Shown here one piece after another: positions 36,257 to 48,405 of a stretch of 64,000 bases of DNA (position 1 is the stretch's first letter; each line of letters opens with the position of its first letter). A program made the translations under genes and the position numbers. Origin of the DNA: Puccinia triticina (Eukaryota). The stretch is from NCBI GenBank assembly GCA_026914245.1, contig CP110440.1, forward strand, positions 1,736,001 through 1,800,000. The letters run 5' to 3'. The notes below the pieces were generated by a model. That model worked only from the letters and a program-made list of their open reading frames with translations. It was not told the DNA's origin and ran no database searches.

Positions 36257-37309
36257 TTGAATATCCCGCAATCAACTCCTAGAAACCTTGAATATCCCGC
36301 TCCGACATCACACAGCAATACAATGGATGCCTCCAAAGCCGCCAAACTCCAACAACAACTGGCGGACATTACTAAGAAGGCCAACGACAAGGATGAAAAA
36401 CGCCGCCAGGCCAAGGCCAAGTTGGAGGACGCACTCTGCACTCCAAATCCACCCCCTTCCCCAACCGCAACCAAGACCCCCAAGATCGCTCAACCCAACA
36501 AGTTAAATGGAGAACGCGGAGCGGTGGCGGAGACGGTTGCCCGCCAGGTTGGCATCTATATGACTGTGAACAAGCACTTGTTCCCAACCGACACGACACA
36601 AATTCTTTTTGTGTCCTCGTACATGACCGGACCCGCGGGCGTGTGGGCAGCCCTGTTCCTTGACCAGGCAGCAGTGGAACCACCCACCCTGACCTACACG
36701 GAGTTCACGGCGGCCTTCCGGGGCATGTTTTTCAACCCAGAAAAGAAGGCAAAGGCGGAACAAGCCCTCCAAGCGCTGAAGCAGACCGGTTCTGTGGCGG
36801 ACTACACCCACACCTTCGTCCAGCACGCCTCCACAGCGGGATGGGAAATCCCCACTCTCCTCAGCCAGTACCGCCAAGGTCTAAAGCGGGACATCCAGAT
36901 GGCGCTCATTGTTTCCCGCACCGCATTCACAACCATTAATGAGGTTGCTACCTTGGCCCTGGAGCTTGACACGGCGATGAGCGGAGCGGAGGCCGGAACA
37001 GCGCCAGCTAAACAGAAGATCAACCCCGACGCCATGGACCTATCAGCGTTAAAGGGACGACTATCCGACTCCGAGAAGGCCCGGATGATGCGGGAAGGAC
37101 TCTGTTTCCAATGCGGAGCGCAGTGCCACATCTCCCGCGACTGTCCAAGCAAGAAGGGAAAAGGCCGCGGAAGCGCCAGGATTGCGGCGATGGAGGATCA
37201 GATCCGACAATTAGTGGAAGGGATGGTGGCAATAGGCGGAGGCGGACCAGCGGATAAAGGCGGAAAAGGCCAGGCCAACTCGTCAAAAAATGGAGGCGCT
37301 CAGGAATGA
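36257..37309 (+). CDS. gag: Chromovirus Gag
   Basis: LKQTGSVADY, DAMDLS, CFQCGAQCHISRDC knuckle. A AAA AAT slippery site at 37285-37291 with pol in the -1 frame. Confidence 0.9.
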   Translation: MNIPQSTPRNLEYPAPTSHSNTMDASKAAKLQQQLADITKKANDKDEKRRQAKAKLEDALCTPNPPPSPTATKTPKIAQPNKLNGERGAVAETVARQVGIYMTVNKHLFPTDTTQILFVSSYMTGPAGVWAALFLDQAAVEPPTLTYTEFTAAFRGMFFNPEKKAKAEQALQALKQTGSVADYTHTFVQHASTAGWEIPTLLSQYRQGLKRDIQMALIVSRTAFTTINEVATLALELDTAMSGAEAGTAPAKQKINPDAMDLSALKGRLSDSEKARMMREGLCFQCGAQCHISRDCPSKKGKGRGSARIAAMEDQIRQLVEGMVAIGGGGPADKGGKGQANSSKNGGAQE

Positions 37310-40300
37310 AGGTTGTGCCTTTCCTGAGCACGGCGGAGTTGTCTTGTCGTATTGGTGCTAGTCAATCTTTAACCAGAAATGAAATTGACCCCAGATGTTT
37401 CATCTCTCGCACCATCACAACTCCCAGAGCCACACCCCAGAACCCCTTACCCCCTGCCTCCTTTTTGATTGATTCCGGAGCGACCCATGATGTGTTGAGC
37501 GAGTCCTATGCCGCCGCAGCGGGATTAATCCGCAACGCCACCGCCTCAAGGCGGACAGTGTTGGGATTCGATGGATCCACATCCCAAGCGGCATATGAGA
37601 TTGACCTGACCCTGAATGAAGAACCCCGCCCTTCAAAATTCATCATCACCCGACTGAAAGACATGTACGACGGCATCCTTGGGATGCCATGGATCCGCAA
37701 ACACAGACACCAAATTGACTGGACCACCCGCACACTCTGCTCCAACCACTCCAACATTGCAGCTGCCTCCGCAGCTTCGTCCACTCCAAAAACATCCTCA
37801 ACAGAGGGCCAAGGGCCCATGATGGGGAAAGCTAGGATTTGTGACGAGGGGGTGTGTGTTTTACCGCCCCCGCAATGTGAGTTTGATAGACTACCCTCTT
37901 CCATACTCCCTGAAACGGCTGGCAAGCTTTTTCTCCCCGTAGATAGTACTCCGCACCCCGACTGGAATCCCGCCCCCCCGCAGCTGGAATGGAACCCCGC
38001 CAACCCCGCCGACAATTTTGCTGCCGCTTTGGCGGTATCGTCCACTCCGCAAACATCCTCAACAGAGGGCCAAGGGCCCATGATGGGGAAAGCTAGGATT
38101 TGTGACGAGGGGGTGCGTATTTTACCGCCCCCGCAATGTGAGTCCGATAAAGTTTCTCTGCAATCATTTTTCGAAGCAGCTGGCAAGCCCCTTTCTCTCC
38201 TAGAACTGTACACTGCAGAGATTAGCGCCGCCAAGACATCGTGGTTGACCTCCACCCGGCTAGCAGCGGCGGGAAAGGCCGCTATTGCCACACGGACCGT
38301 CGAGGAACTTGTCCTGCAGTGCTACCATTGATTCATCAACATGTTCCGGAAATCCAGCGCTAAGAGCCTACCGCCACGAAGAAAGTATGACTTCCGTGTT
38401 GACCTAGTCCCTGGAGCCACACCGCAAGCAAGCCGGATCATTCCGCTGTCACCAGCGGAGAACCAGGCACTCAACACACTGATTGCGGAAGGACTGGCCA
38501 GCGGAACAATCCGGCGGACCACGTCACCATGGGCGGCCCCAGTTCTATTCACCGGAAAGAAGGACAGAAACCTTTGCCCCTGTTTTGACTACCAAAAACT
38601 CAACGCACTGACAGTGAAGAACCGCTACCCCCTTCCGCTGACCATGGACCTGGTTGACAGCCTGCTAGACGCCGACACCTTCACAAAGCTGGACCTCCGC
38701 AACGCCTACGGAAACCTCCGAGTGGCGGAGGGAGATGAGGATAAGCTAGCGTTCATCTGCAAGGAGGGGCAATTTGCTCCGCTCACCATGCCGTTTGGAC
38801 CCACAGGAGCGCCGGGATACTTTCAATACTTTATGCAGGACATTCTCCTTGGACAAATTGGAAAGGACACCGCCGCATACCTGGATGACATTATGGTATA
38901 CACACAGAAAGGCTCCGATCACACGGCGGCGGTCAACGGAATCCTGGAGACCCTGAGCAAGCATCAATTATGGCTGAAACCGGAGAAATGTGAATTTTCG
39001 AAACCGGAGGTGGAATATCTTGGACTCTTAATTGCGTGTAACCGGATTAGAATGGACCCCGCAAAAGTGAAGGCGGTGACGGAGTGGCCCGCACCGCGGA
39101 ACGTTACGGAACTTCAGCGGTTCATCGGATTCTCCAACTTTTACCGCCGGTTCATTGACCACTTCTCGGGGAAGACCAGACCTCTACACAACCTGACCAA
39201 AGCAAAAACCTCCTTTGTCTGGGATGACAAATGTAACTCCACTTTTGAATGCCTAAAGACCGCATTCACCTCCGCTCTGATACTTAAGATTGCGGACCTG
39301 TACAAGCCGTTTATCCTGGAATGTGACTGCTCCGACTTCGCGCTTGGAGCAGTCTTGTCTCAAGTCTGCAACAAAGACAAAGAACTCCACCCTGTTTCTT
39401 ACTCATCCCGGTCATTGGTACAGGCGGAGAAGAACTACGAGATATTTGACAAGGAACTATTGGCCATTGTTGCCGCTTTCAAAGAGTGGCGGCAGTACCT
39501 GGAAGGAAACCCGCACCGCCTGACCGCCATTGTTTACACGGACCACCGGAACCTAGAAAGCTTCATGACCACCAAGGAGCTCACTCGGACACAGGCGCGG
39601 TGGGCGGAGACCATGGGTTGCTTTGATTTTGAAATCATCTTCCGCCCGGGCCGCCAAGCCACCAAACCCGATGCCCTATCAAGAAGACCGGACCTAGCCC
39701 CCGCCCCTGGTGAAAAACTGACCTTTGGACAGCTGCTGAAGCCCAATAACATCACGGAGCGGAGATATCGGAGTTTGAATCCTGGTTTGAGGACGAATCA
39801 ATTGACTTGGCGGAGGCGGAGCACTGGTTTGAGGTAGACGTACTGGGGATAGACCCGGAGCACGGAGCGGAAAATGAACTGGCAATGGCTGATGCGGAGA
39901 TCATCGCAAGAATCAGAGAATTGACCCCACTCAATGGCCAACTGACCGGATGGATAGAATCCTTGAAAACCCCCACAGGTAACCGGAACAGATACACGGA
40001 GACTGATGGCATCTTGTACGACAAAGAGCGGATGGTGGTACCGGCGGACCCAGCACTGCGGACCAAGATCCTGAAGAGCCGACACAACACCAAAGCGGCG
40101 GGCCACCCAGGCCGATCCCGCACTCTCGCCCTGGTCTGACAGAGTTTTGTGTGGAACGGCCAGAAGAAGTTCGTCTACCAATACGTGGATGGATGTGATT
40201 CTTGTCAAAGATTTAAAGCCTCGACGCAACAGCCATTTGGGACACTGGAGCCGCTGCCAATTCCGGCGGGGCCGTGGCCGGACATCAGCTATGACCTCAT

Positions 40301-41365
40301 CACAGACCTACCTAAATCCCGCTCCCACGACAGCATACTGACTGTTGTTGACCGTCTGACAAAGATGGCACACTTTATCCCCTGCAGGAAGTCCATGAAT
40401 GCGGAGCATTTAGCGGACCTGATGGCGGAGCACGTTTGGAAACTCCACGGCACTCCGAAGACTATTGTTTCCGACCGAGGGAGCATTTTTGTATCCCAAA
40501 TCACCCGGGAATTGGACAACAGACTTGGCATCCGCCTCCAACCATCTACGGCGTACCATCCAAGGACAGACGGACAGTTGGAAATCGCAAACAAAGCGGT
40601 GGAGCAATATCTCCGCCATTTTGTAACTATTGACAGGACAATTGGGCTCCGTTCCTGGCAACGGCGGAATTTGCTTACAACAACAACAATCACACGTCAA
40701 CAGGGGTGCCACCATTCAAGGCAAATTACGGTTTCAACCCATTGTACAGCGGAATTCCATCAGCGGGACAGTGTGTACCAGCAGTGGCAGAGCGACTCCG
40801 CCAGCTTGCGGAGGGACAGGAAGAACTGAAGCACTGTCTAGAAGCGGCGCAGGAGGCCATGAAAAGCCAGTTTGACCGCGGAGTGCGGAAAACACAGGAA
40901 TGGAACAGTGGAGACGAGGTTTGGCTAGATGGGCGCAATATCTCGACAACACGCCCCAGCCCCAAATTGGAACACCGCTGGCTTGGACCATTCCCAATAG
41001 CTAGCAGAATTTCAACCTCCGCTTACAAACTGACCCTTCCGCTTTCCATGCAGGGAGTCCACCCAGTTTTCCACGTGTCAGTACTCCGCAAACACAAGCC
41101 CGACAAGATCGCCCACTGACAGCGGCGGACCCCGGAGCCAGTAACAGTCAACGGCGGGGACGAGTGGGAGGTTGACGGAATACTGGACAGCCGGTGGAGA
41201 GGGCGGACAACTCAATACCTTGTCAGCTGGCGCGGATTTGGACTGGCGGAAAATTCTTGGGAGCCGGAGGCGAACTTGAAGAACAGCAGAGACCTATTGG
41301 CGGAGTTTAACTCAAAATTTCCGGAGGCGGCGGCCAGGCATTGGAGGACGCGGAGAAGAAAGTGA
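37306..41365 (+). pseudogene. pol: Chromovirus pol (PR, RT, RNase H, integrase, chromodomain)
   Basis: LIDSGAT, YLDD, ECDCSDFALGAVL, VSDRG, GPF, EWEVDGILD..YLVSWRG..NSWEP. TGA stops at 38329, 40137 and 41117 plus frameshifts. Confidence 0.92.
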
Positions 41366-42173
41366 GAGGGCAAGCTTTTTCCCACTGGGTTTTTTAATGC
41401 TGCCCGGGGACAGAATGCAGAGCCAAAAGAGGAGGATTTTTTTCTCATTGACCAACCAGAAAAGGGGGCGGCTTGGGCATTAAAGGGGGGATAATGTTAT
41501 GAGCCGTAGCGCGGGCTCCGCAGCGCAGACTCACATGTACATAGACTACACGTACATGTCACGGACCATACTCAAGGTTCAAGAGGCTGGAGATCCAAGC
41601 CTCTTCCTCATCCTGCAATCTACCATATTGGATCCAGAACTCCCAGAACCCCAGAACCCAGACCCCATCTTCCTCTCCACAGAACAGACCTTAACACAGG
41701 GAGAAGCATCTGGAGTGGGTGCGGCAGGGATTGCCATTGACACTTTCCAGTTGCTCTGTGCAGGGGCAAGGGTGTTTGGTCAGAGGGGGCTGGACTTAAC
41801 TCAGTCCCTCCTGGGCGCAAAGTGCCCGCCTCTGATCAGGTTTGCTCAATGTACATGAACAGGCAAGAAGCCTGCACATCTATCAGTATTTTTTTTGTTA
41901 TATATCACGCCACCTTAATGGTCAAGAAATCAGCTAGCAAGAAGGCCTCATAATGGGTAAGATGTGGGTCCCTAGGGGCATTGTCTCACAGATTGCAATC
42001 ATCATCAAAAAAAGCAAAGTTGCCTTTGATTTTCATCCTCTGTACATACACCTGTCAGAGCTATGCAAAAAAAGCAGACTGATGTGTCACTTTTTGCCTC
42101 AAAGGAACTGTATTCACTTCATAGTTTCAGGGTACCTGTGGGATGTCTGTCAGTTTGGGAGGGGGCCTTCAAC

Positions 42174-42741
42174 CTAGCTTAGCTAATTCCCTCCTCCTTG
42201 AAGCAAAGCAACCTCTGAAGAAGCGACTTATGCGCTATGTGGACCCCGCAGCCTGAGAGAATGATGACTTTTGGTGGGGACTTTTTTAGAATCAATCTCA
42301 CTTATGAGCCTCTGCACCATTTTTGATATTGTTTACATTTCTGGGGCGGTGCAAGCTGTTGCTATCTTTCTGCTATTTTTTCCCATCCTCAACACCTCTT
42401 GGTGAGCTGCAATCAGAGTTGTAACTTCATGGATTTCAGATTCTGTACAGTGCAACATGTGTGATACGGGATATAGCCAACTAATGAAGTTGCAAAAAAA
42501 GACATTTCACTGTCATTACATATCCCTAAAAATAGCACAATAGGTGGGAAGATTCTCCTAGATGTTGTGCATCTTTTGTTCCCCTACAACTAAATCACAT
42601 AATGTGATGTGATGAAGCTACACAGGCTCGAAAAAGGCCAAGCTGCCAAGCCGCGGGGTCCACTTAGTGTACAAGTCCTTCCTTCGGAGAGTCCCTGCAG
42701 GACGGCGCCCCACCCCCAATAGAGGGACTTAGTTAAGTTAG
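42174..42741. mobile_element. Non-autonomous MULE-type element
   Basis: TIRs CTAGCTTAGCTAATTCCCTC / GAGGGACTTAGTTAAGTTAG; 9-bp TSD GCCTTCAAC/GCCTTCGAC. Confidence 0.8.
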
Positions 42742-42827
42742 GCCTTCGACTCGCGAGCGGTACAGCAGGGGAAGCGACCATGCGATCTGAAGTGATGGGT
42801 GGGGGAGTCACATTCTCACATCTGCTC

Positions 42828-43472
42828 TTGATGACTGGTCTGACTGGTCATCGAGAGGAGATGTGAGTCCCCTCAATGACCAGCAAAGACCGGTCATTGA
42901 CAGCTGTTAGTCCCCACAATGACCATCACAAACCGGTCATTGAGAGCTGTGAGTCCTCTCAATTACCGGTCTGTGCCGGTCTTGAGAGGTGGTGAGTCCC
43001 CTTGATGACCGGTCTGACCGGCCATTGAGAGGTGGTGAGTCCCCTCGATGACCGGCAAAGACCGGTCATCGAGAGGAGATGTGAGTCCCCACAATGACCG
43101 GCACAAGCCAGTCATCAAGAGCTGCGAGTCCTTTCAATGACTGGTCTGTGCCGGTCATCGAGAGGTGGTGAGTCCCCTTGATGACCGGTCTAACCGGCCA
43201 TCAAGAGGTGGTGAGTCCTTGATGACCGGTCTAACCGGTCATCAGGAGGTGATTCCCCTCAATGAATGGTCAGACCGGTCATTGAGAGGAGATGCGAGTC
43301 CCCTCAATGACCGGAAAAGACTGGTCATCAAGAGGAGATGTGAGTCCCCTCAATGACCGGTACAGACTGGTCATTGACAGCTGTCAGTCCTCCCAATCAG
43401 CGGTCTTTGCCGGTCATTGAGGTGAGTCCCCTCGATGACCGGTCGGACCGGTCATCAAGAAGAGATGTGAGT
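42828..43472. repeat. ~40-bp palindromic minisatellite of the hAT-internal family
   Basis: Tandem GATGACCGG..CCGGTCATC-GAGAGGAGATGTGAGTCCCCTC units. Confidence 0.85.
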
Positions 43473-45686
43473 AGAAATAGCCCCCTCTTTAGGCCCTCGA
43501 GCTGACCTGTAACCACCCAGATGAGTGTGTACAGGCCAGTATTATGCCTGCCCAGGCGCAGGGCCCTGGCAACCTTCAGGGTGCAAAGCATTAGGGCCCA
43601 GGTTGTGTGCAGCTGGTTGGATACTTAAAGGGTGTGGGGGAAGCTGTTTGTCCCCCCAGGGGATGTGTTTTTGTCCCACCCCCCTCCCTGGAGCCCACTA
43701 ATCATTTGATTAGGGCCTCCTTGATTACATTTTTGACCGACCTTCTTTTGCCTGTTGCTCCGGCACGGGCTGGAGGGTCAATCTGAGGTGCCCTCCAGGG
43801 TGTTTGGGGATTAATTTCAATGGTTATGGGATTTTTGCTAATGAGCACAGGCAAAAATTTTGATCTTGCCTTCTGTGTTTCTGTGATTTTAATAAACTTG
43901 GATATAACCAAAATGACTCGAGGCCAACAAATTGAAATGTTAGAGAAACGATTGGCAAAAGTTTACAGACCCCAGGCGCCAAAGCAAGCTGACTATGTTA
44001 ATGTTGTCTTGCTCCACAAACGCAAGGAAAAACTTTTTTGGGGTCATGTCAACCGAGTTCATCACCTGACAGATGTATGAAACCTTTGATGCCTGGGTTT
44101 TCAGGTCGGCAGTTCAGTCGGGGGGAGGGTGCATCTTAAATTTTGGAATACTGAGTATTGCAGAGCGGAGTCAGACTAGCAAGACTGTGAAAAAAAATCA
44201 ATCATCTGGGTCAGGTCCCAAACAAATGAACAAAATGATACAAAAACCAAATGGATGGGCGACGGCACGTGTGAGCTGAAGAGAAGTCCACTCACTTGTC
44301 TGTTTTTCTTTCCTGTTTTTCTTTTGGGGGGGTGGGTTTACAGATGTGGGTGGGCAGGATTGTCCGGCTAGTTCAGGCTCAGGTCTGGCTAGGTCAGGCT
44401 TGGGTCTGGTTGAGCTGTCCGTATTCTGATTGAGTGATTGGATGGTATGCGGATTTACAGATTTTGCTGTGTGATATGAGCCTCTTGGTTGTTCCATCAC
44501 TGATTTCCCCTTTAAGCATAAATATCCTTGTAGTGTGAGTGCGATTGGGCCTTGTCATACAAGCCTTGAGACCCAAAGTTCAAAATCTTGACTTTGGATA
44601 TATTTTTTTTCACTAGTTACAAAAACAATCTTGTAGTAAAAAAATACAGAAAAATCCAGAAGATGTAGATGTATGACATAGCAAAACCTAGAAATAATCT
44701 GTTGAGTATTCAAGGTGTGGTGATGCACACAAGGCCGCTCCCAGCCAATCCTGAGAATCTGCTCACGCCAGGAATGTGCATTAGCATGCAAGTACCTCCC
44801 TCCGGTCAGGTTCGCTTCGCAACCAGCCAAATGCTGCACAGCCCGCAACGGAGCCTGGGACTTGTGTTAAGTTTGAGAAAAGCTTGCTGCTTCCCCCACT
44901 TTTTTCATCTTTTTTGCCTTCCCCCCTCCCCAAAAATCTTTCTTGCCCGCCAAAGATCAGCAGGGAACGGCCGGTCCCCCCGCCTGCTATATCCGATTGG
45001 CCCAGCCAGTAATGAGCATTAAGCCATCCCTTTTTGATCTTTGTAACGCTCAAGAAACCCCATATCAATCATGGGTTTCCGGAAATATTCACCAGACCTT
45101 AAAAATGCGGCTGTCAGTCACGCCATTAAGGGGAAGCATCTAGCCAAGATCAACGAAATTCTGGGGGCTTCAATCAGCCGCGATTCACTTTACCAATGGT
45201 CTAGCTTGTATGAGAGGACCCGTGCCGTTGTTTGCAACCCCAGCACTTATCTCCAGAGAGGGCGTCCATTGGATTTGAATGATGAGTACTTGAAGTTTAT
45301 CAAAGAGCTTGTTACTGATAAGCCATTGATTTACGCAGATGAGATCCAACACAGCTTGACCAAAGAACATGGGATCACTGTATCAGTATTGACTATCTTA
45401 AACACCCTGCATGGCCGGTTGAGCATGTCAAAAAAGACAATGCGGACCTTCCATCCCAAACAAGACAAAACCAAGAGGGCCCATTACATCTACCAGGTTG
45501 GAGCGGTGCCAGCCTCTTGTCTGGAGTTTACTGGTGAGCTTCTGGACCAACAACTACTTATTCAATATAATTTAATAATATACACTAAACCTCCTTTAAT
45601 GCTTACTCAGACAAGTCAGGCCTGTGCCTAGAGGTTGTCCAATGAACTCAAAGATGGGCTGTAGTTGGCAAACAAACCCCTAGAGT

Positions 45687-48026
45687 CACTGCAAAAAAAA
45701 CTGTGTCAACTGTGAGCAGTTGACATGCGGTAACTCTGAGGAAGCTTGTGGTGTTACACCAGCCTTACTCAAGGTTTGAATCAACCCAAGCTTTAATGCA
45801 CAGTCACTCACTAGGGTAGATATGTTCCCACTCCCCAGGGAGTGCCCTACCATAAATTTTTTCCATAACTGTGCTGGAGGCCTTTGGTAAATAATAATTG
45901 GATTAGAGATAGTCATTTGGGACCCAGGTACCAAGCGGTACCCGGGTACCGCACCGCTTTTTGGCCAATTTCAGGTACCTAGTACCGCACCCGGCACCGC
46001 CTGGGAGGTACCACGGGTACCGCTGGCGGGTACCGCGGGTACCACCCGTGATATTTTTTGGTGTGGCAGCGTCCTGCTGTCCTGCTTGCTCCATCCAGTT
46101 TGTTGCCGTCCTTTGCGACAAGCTGGAGGGCAAACAGGCTACTGTTTGCCGGGAGGGACTCCTCCCGGCAAGCACTGGCTCTCCTCTTTGACCGGAGGAA
46201 TGAATCCCTTGGGTTGAGGAGGAATACACACCTCTGACCGGAGGAATTGATCCATCCGATTGGAGGCATGTACACCTCTTTGACCGGATGAATGGCTCCG
46301 GTCAAAGAGGCAAGTCCACCCAGCAAGCTGGATATGCGTACAGCTCACCCGGTGGACATCCCTCGCCAAGCTGGATACGTAATATGTATCCAGCTTTCCG
46401 AGATGGCTCATCCCTCACCGAGATGGATACACAATATCCAGCTCGGCTAGGGAGGTCTCATGGCGAGCTGGACACATCCAGCTCCCTTGGAAGATTCCTC
46501 TCGGCGAGCTGGATACATATGTATCCCGCTTGGCGAGGGGACTCCTCTCCAGCTCATTAAGAGGTTCTTTGGCGTCCGCGAGCTGGATAAAATATATGTA
46601 TCCAGCTTCGCGGGAGGAGTCCCCTTGGCAAGCTGGATACGCCGAGAGGAATCCTCCCAGCTTTCTGGGAGGCCTTAAAGCTGGGAGGCCTTCGCCGAGC
46701 TGGATCTACCAAGTCCAGGCTCTCAATCCCCCGGGGGGTGGGAGGTACTTGTAGGCGGTACCCGGGTACCCCACCGCTTTCCAGCCAAAACCCGGTACCT
46801 AGTACCGCACCCGGCACCGCTGCGCGGGTGCGAGGCGGGTGCAAGGGGGTACCCGCCAAGCGGTACTAGGTACCCGCCGCGGGTACCAAATGACTATCTC
46901 TAAATTGGATAGGTATGAAAAAGACTGGAAGTCAGCTGTGGAAATCAGCTGTAAATAATCCTGAAATAAACCAGAACTTGCCAAGAAATCATTCAGAACT
47001 CATCCAGAATACAGGCCTTTCTTGGCTCTGTGACCAGTGTGTCCTTTTCATGGAGATGTGAGAGGCCCAGCCTCTGATATTGTCCCCCTCATGTACTCGC
47101 GTACATCAGGGGGACAATTGGTGTCTCAACCCAAAGCTTTTACTTTTCATGTGGCTGTGAAAGGCCCATCCTGTGATATTTCCACATCAATTTACGCGCG
47201 TACATCAGGGTGACTATTGGCAAAGTGAAAAAAAAGTTCACTTGCATGTGCACATGTGAATTTTGAAAAGCAAAAAAAAGCAAAATTCACCAGATCATTT
47301 TTGTGAGGAGGCAAGGATATCTGGCCAAACTGGAGTGGCACTGCAGCCCAACCTTGACTTAACTCAGAGTTTCACCCTATTGAAAAAGTTTTTCACCATT
47401 TGTTTTTAGCCATGTTCAAATTAATTCCCGCATTTCCAAGAAAATGGGTTTCACTAATTTTACTGCAACATTATAACCACATTCCAAAATTCTAAACCAA
47501 TAATACCAAGTTGAATTTTACTTTAATTTTGTACATCAGGGCATATGATGTGAATTACAAGAAACCCATTTTTTCAGAGGAATTACATTTTAGAATGTCA
47601 ATTTTGCTTTTCTATCCTTCAACATCAGAAAACAGGAGCAATTGATGAGTTGGATTTGGGTGAAATATCATTTCATCATATTTTTTCCTCCAGTTGTACC
47701 TAGAAAACAAGAGAATTCCACACAACATTTTGTTGAGTCCCAAATCAATTCTAACTGACTTCTGAATCAGTTCTCCATCCACTTTACAATTCATTTAGTG
47801 ATGAGTTACTAATCCACATCAGGCCCACATCCAACCAAAACTCACATAAAATTCACCTCTGGCACTCCCTGGGGAGTGGGAACATATCTCCCCTGGTGAC
47901 TGTGCACCTTGCACAGTGACTGTGCCAACAAAGACACTTGTGCATTCAGGTGGAGTTACAATGGCAGCTTGGCTTGAGTATCCTGCATGTCAACTGCAAG
48001 CAGTTGACCAATTTATTTTTGCAGTG
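45687..48026. mobile_element. Non-autonomous CACTA/CMC-type element
   Basis: TIRs CACTGCAAAAA...GTCAAC / GTTGAC...TTTTTGCAGTG; 3-bp TSD AGT. Confidence 0.8.
45904..46902. mobile_element. Non-autonomous hAT element
   Basis: 17-bp perfect TIR TAGAGATAGTCATTTGG, 8-bp TSD AATTGGAT, internal AGCTGGATA..TATCCAGCT palindromic repeats. Confidence 0.92.
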
Positions 48027-48405
48027 AGTCCCACACAAGCAAAGCACCCATCAATACAACATTGTACCAGCCATTTCAACGTTGAAGCAAAATGAAGAGT
48101 TACTCGCAGGCGGTGAGGGAGACTTTGAGGTCATTGATGGTTCCCTGCTGATCTTCAGTGGGTGAGAAAGATTTTTGGGGAGGGGGGAAGGAAAAAAAGA
48201 TGAAAGAAGTGGGGGAAGCAGCAAGCTTTTCTGATATAGCTGTATATCCTCAGATAGGGAGTGCAGCTGACTGCAGGGCACCTCCTGCAGTCTCAATTCA
48301 TTCAAGTGTGAATTTTTTTGTCTGATGTTGGAACTTGGCTATGAAAACCAAGGTTTTTTGTATTGCAAAGGTAAAGATCCAGAAAAAGAACCAAAAAACT
48401 TGAGA

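Larger units (their letters stand above)
35970..41696 (+). mobile_element. Full-length Ty3/Gypsy chromovirus, inactivated
   Basis: 202-bp LTRs at 35970-36171 and 41495-41696 (2 differences), TSD CAGGG, PPT AAAGGGGGG, order gag-PR-RT-RH-IN-chromodomain. Confidence 0.96.
45071..48088 (+). pseudogene. Tc1/IS630-like transposase remnant
   Basis: HTH region with GRP and IYADEIQ, an intron at ~45534-45611 before D(K)SG. The frame resumes after the CACTA insertion as ..QYNIVPAISTL. Confidence 0.7.
44873..48242 (+). mobile_element. Internally deleted Tc1/mariner (IS630-like) element
   Basis: Long inverted repeats at ~44873-44990 and ~48105-48242 (right end followed by TA) around a transposase remnant. 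The left tip is degenerate. Confidence 0.7.

Noticed and set aside
37841..37876. Hammerhead ribozyme (GTGACGAG-stem-GCAA)
   Set aside because: The core departs from CUGANGA/GAAA and no stems I/III were found.
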